From: Isurus oxyrinchus | Taxonomy: Eukaryota | Assembly (NCBI GenBank): GCA_026770705.1 | Contig: JANJGN010000013.1 | Coordinates: 40,548,001 to 40,612,000 of the forward strand | DNA: 64,000 bases | Reading direction: 5' to 3' | Shown: positions 61,167 to 64,000 of the stretch, in pieces | How positions within the stretch are numbered: the stretch's first letter is position 1 | Layout of the letters: the number at the start of each line of letters is the position of its first letter | The notes under the pieces: generated by a model | What the model was told of the DNA's origin: nothing | The model's input: the letters and a program-made list of their open reading frames with translations, nothing else | Databases searched by the model: none | Program-made: the position numbers and the translations under genes

Positions 61167-64000
61167 GGAGGTGGTCGTGTAGTTATAATGTCACTGCACC
61201 AGCAATCCAGAGGCCCAGGTTAATGCTCTAGGGAACATGGACTCAACTACCACGGCAGCTGGTGGAATTTGAATTCAATTAATAAATCTGGAATTAAAAA
61301 ATTTAATCTCAATAATGGTGACCATGAAAACCCATCTGGTTCATTAATGTCCCTTAGGAAAGGAAATCTGCTGTCCTTACCTTATCTGGCCTGCATGTGA
61401 CTTCAGACCCACAGCAATGTGGTTTACTCTTAATGCCCTCTGAAATGGCCTAGTAAGCCACTGAGTTATATCAAACTGCTACAGTAAATTCAAAAAGGGA
61501 TGAAACTGGACAGACCACCCAGCAGCAACCTAGGCACCGGAAATGACAAAGGCATACCCAGCTCCATCGACCGTGTAAAGTCCTCCTTACTAACATCGGG
61601 GGGGTGGGGCTTGTGCCAAAATTGGGAGAGCTATCCTACACTAGTAAAGCAACAGTCCAATAAAACCATACTCACACAGTCATACCTTACAGACAATGTC
61701 CCAGACACCATCATCGTCTCCTCGTCCACCAGCAGGACAGACACACCAGAGGTGGCGGCATAGTGGTATAAAGTCAGGAGAGAGTTGCCCTGGAAGTCCT
61801 GAACATTGACTCCAGACCCCATGAAGTCCCATGGCACTAGTTCAAACAAGGGAAAGGAAACTTCCTGTTGATTATCTTCTACTGCCCTCCTCAGCTGATG
61901 AAATAGTACTCTCCATGTTAAACATAGAGCACTGAGGGTGGCAGGGGCACAGAATGTACTGTGAGTGGGGTCTTTAATAGCCATTACCAAGAGTGGCTTG
62001 ATAGCACCACTACTAACTGAGCTGAACAAGTCTAGCCTCAGCTGGACATAGCTGCTGGACTGGCTCTGGGGCAGGTGGTGAGGGAACCAAAAAGGGAAAA
62101 ACATACTTGACATCGTCCTAACCAATCTACCTGTCATAGATGCATCTCTCCTACAGCCCCGACAGGAGTGACCACTGAACAGTCCTCGTGGAAACAAAGT
62201 CCCGTCTTCGCATTAAGGATACCCTGCATTGCACTTTCATCGTGCTAAACGGGATATATTTTTAACAGATCTAGCGACTCAAAACTGGGCATCCAATGAG
62301 GCGCAGTGGGCAGAATTGTGCTGCACAAACTGTAGCCTCATGGCCTGGTATATCCTCTACTCTGCCATTACCATTAAGCTGGGGATCAAAGCCGATTCAG
62401 TGAAGGTTGCAGGAGGGCATGCCAGGGGCAACACAAGGCACAGCTGAAAAGGTGGTGTCAACCTGGTGAAGTTAGAATTACTTGCACACACAATAGTGTA
62501 TGCAGCATGTGATAAACAGATCTAAGCAATCCCACAACCAATGGATCAGACCCAAGCTCTGTAGTCCTGTCACTTTTTTAATATTTGTTCATGGGATGTG
62601 GGCGTTGCTGGATAGGCCACCATTTATTGCCCATCCCAGAGTCAACCACATTGCTGTGGGTCTAGAGTCACTCTAGGTCAGACCAGGTAAGGATGGCAGA
62701 TTTCCTTCCCTAAAGGACATTAGTGATCCACATGGGTCTTTACAACAATCAGCAATGGTTTTGTGGTTATCATCAGTTTTTTAATTCCAGATTTTTATTC
62801 CAGTCGTGAATGGTGGTAGACATTAAACTACTAATTAACTGGCTCCACAAATACCCTCATCCTCAATGATGGGGAAGCCCAAAAGATCAGTGCAAAAAGA
62901 CAAGGCTGAAACATTTGCATTTTGTTGGTATGTCAAAATCCTGGAACTCCCTCCCTAACAGCACTGTGGTGTTGTCCATCACATGGACTGTAGCAGTTCA
63001 AAAATGCTGCTCAGCACCACCTTCTCAAGGGCAATTAGGGATGGGCAATAAAAGTACTGGCCTAGCCAGTGATGCACATGTTCCATTAAAGAATAAGAAA
63101 AACCTATTATCTGCCAGAAGTGTCAAGTGGATGATCCATCTTGGCCTCCCCGAGTTTCCCAGCATCACAGATGCCTGTCTTTTGCCAGTTCAATTTACAC
63201 CATGTGATATCAAGCCATGGCCAAAGGCACTGGATAGTGCAAAAGCTATGGGCCCTGACAACATTCCAGCAATTGTACTGAAAACTTGTACTCCAGTGTA
63301 AGCCAAGCTGTTCCAGTACACTGCATCTATCCAGCAATGTGGGAAATTGCTACGTTCTGTCCACTAAAAGCAGGACAAATTCAACCCTGCCAATTACTGC
63401 CCCATCAGTCTACACTCAATCATCAGAAAAGTGATAAAAGGTGTCGTCGACAGTGCTATCAAGTGGCACTTACTAAGCAATAACCTACTCATTGAACTTC
63501 AGTCTGGGTTCCACCAGAGCCACTTGGCTCCTGACCTCATTACAGCTTTGGTCCAAACATGGACAAAAGGGCTGAACTCCAGACGTGAGGTGAGAGTGAC
63601 TGCCCTTGATATCAAGGCAGCGCTTGACCAAGTGTGGCACCAAGGAACCCAAGCAAAACTGGCATCAACAGGAATCGGGGGAAAATTCTCCACTGGCTGG
63701 AATCACACTAAGCACAAAGGAAGATGGTGTAGTTGTTGGAGGTCAATCAACTCTGTCGCAGGACATCACAGCAGGAGTTCCTCAAGGTAGTGTCCTAGGC
63801 CCAACTATTTACAACTGCTTCATCAATGACCTTCTTTCCATTATAAGGTTAGAAGTGGCACAATGCTCAGCAACATTTGCAACTCTGCAGATACAGAAGC
63901 AGTCCGTGCCCACAAGCAGCAAGACTTTTACAACATTCAGGTTTGGGCTGATAAGTGGCAAGTAAAAGTCGCACCACACAAGTGTCAGGCAATGGCCATC
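61167..64000 (+). mobile_element. Decayed LINE with tRNA-like head (same family as 19364), runs off the window
   Basis: Head colinear with 19364-19625, then APE remnants and RT motifs RVTALDIKAALDQVWH, GVPQGSVLGP; nested SINE and an internal extra tail fragment (~62930-63100). Confidence 0.85.
62575..62800 (-). mobile_element. SINE/short derivative nested inside its partner LINE
   Basis: Tail catgggatgtgggcgttgctgg...tttattgcccatccc joined directly to LINE 5' body agagtcaaccacattgctgtgggtct. Confidence 0.75.

Noticed and set aside
59000-64000. Further DDX54 exons
   Set aside because: No exon encoding the expected KIKTESG-type motif was seen; the region is mostly LINE-derived intron.

Overview
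Repeat-rich vertebrate genomic DNA, most likely from a cartilaginous fish (inferred from the repeat families and protein divergence, not proven). Three host genes can be built by hand: (1) the last coding exon and 3'UTR of NIPSNAP1 (+, 3424-3488); (2) a complete 7-exon CFAP73/CCDC42B-like gene (+, ATG 14962 to TAA 49417, 936 nt CDS, 311 aa) with an RFX X-box upstream; (3) the last two coding exons of DDX54 (-, 58959-55938), convergent with CFAP73. The rest is mostly transposable elements. There are about ten Penelope-like element (PLE) remnants, many forming fold-back palindromes with 10-16 bp TSDs and carrying minimal type-I hammerhead ribozyme motifs; one family has a CUGUUGA core variant. 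There is a full-length but disabled two-gene PIF/Harbinger transposon plus about ten related MITEs, one subfamily with a series of internal hairpins. There are also CR1 and L2 LINE fragments, a LINE family that seems to start with a tRNA-derived head and has head+tail short derivatives, Deu-domain SINEs and a solo LTR. Most entries in the ORF track are repeat-derived or spurious. All homologies were recognised by eye, with no database search, and repeat boundaries without a stated TSD are approximate.
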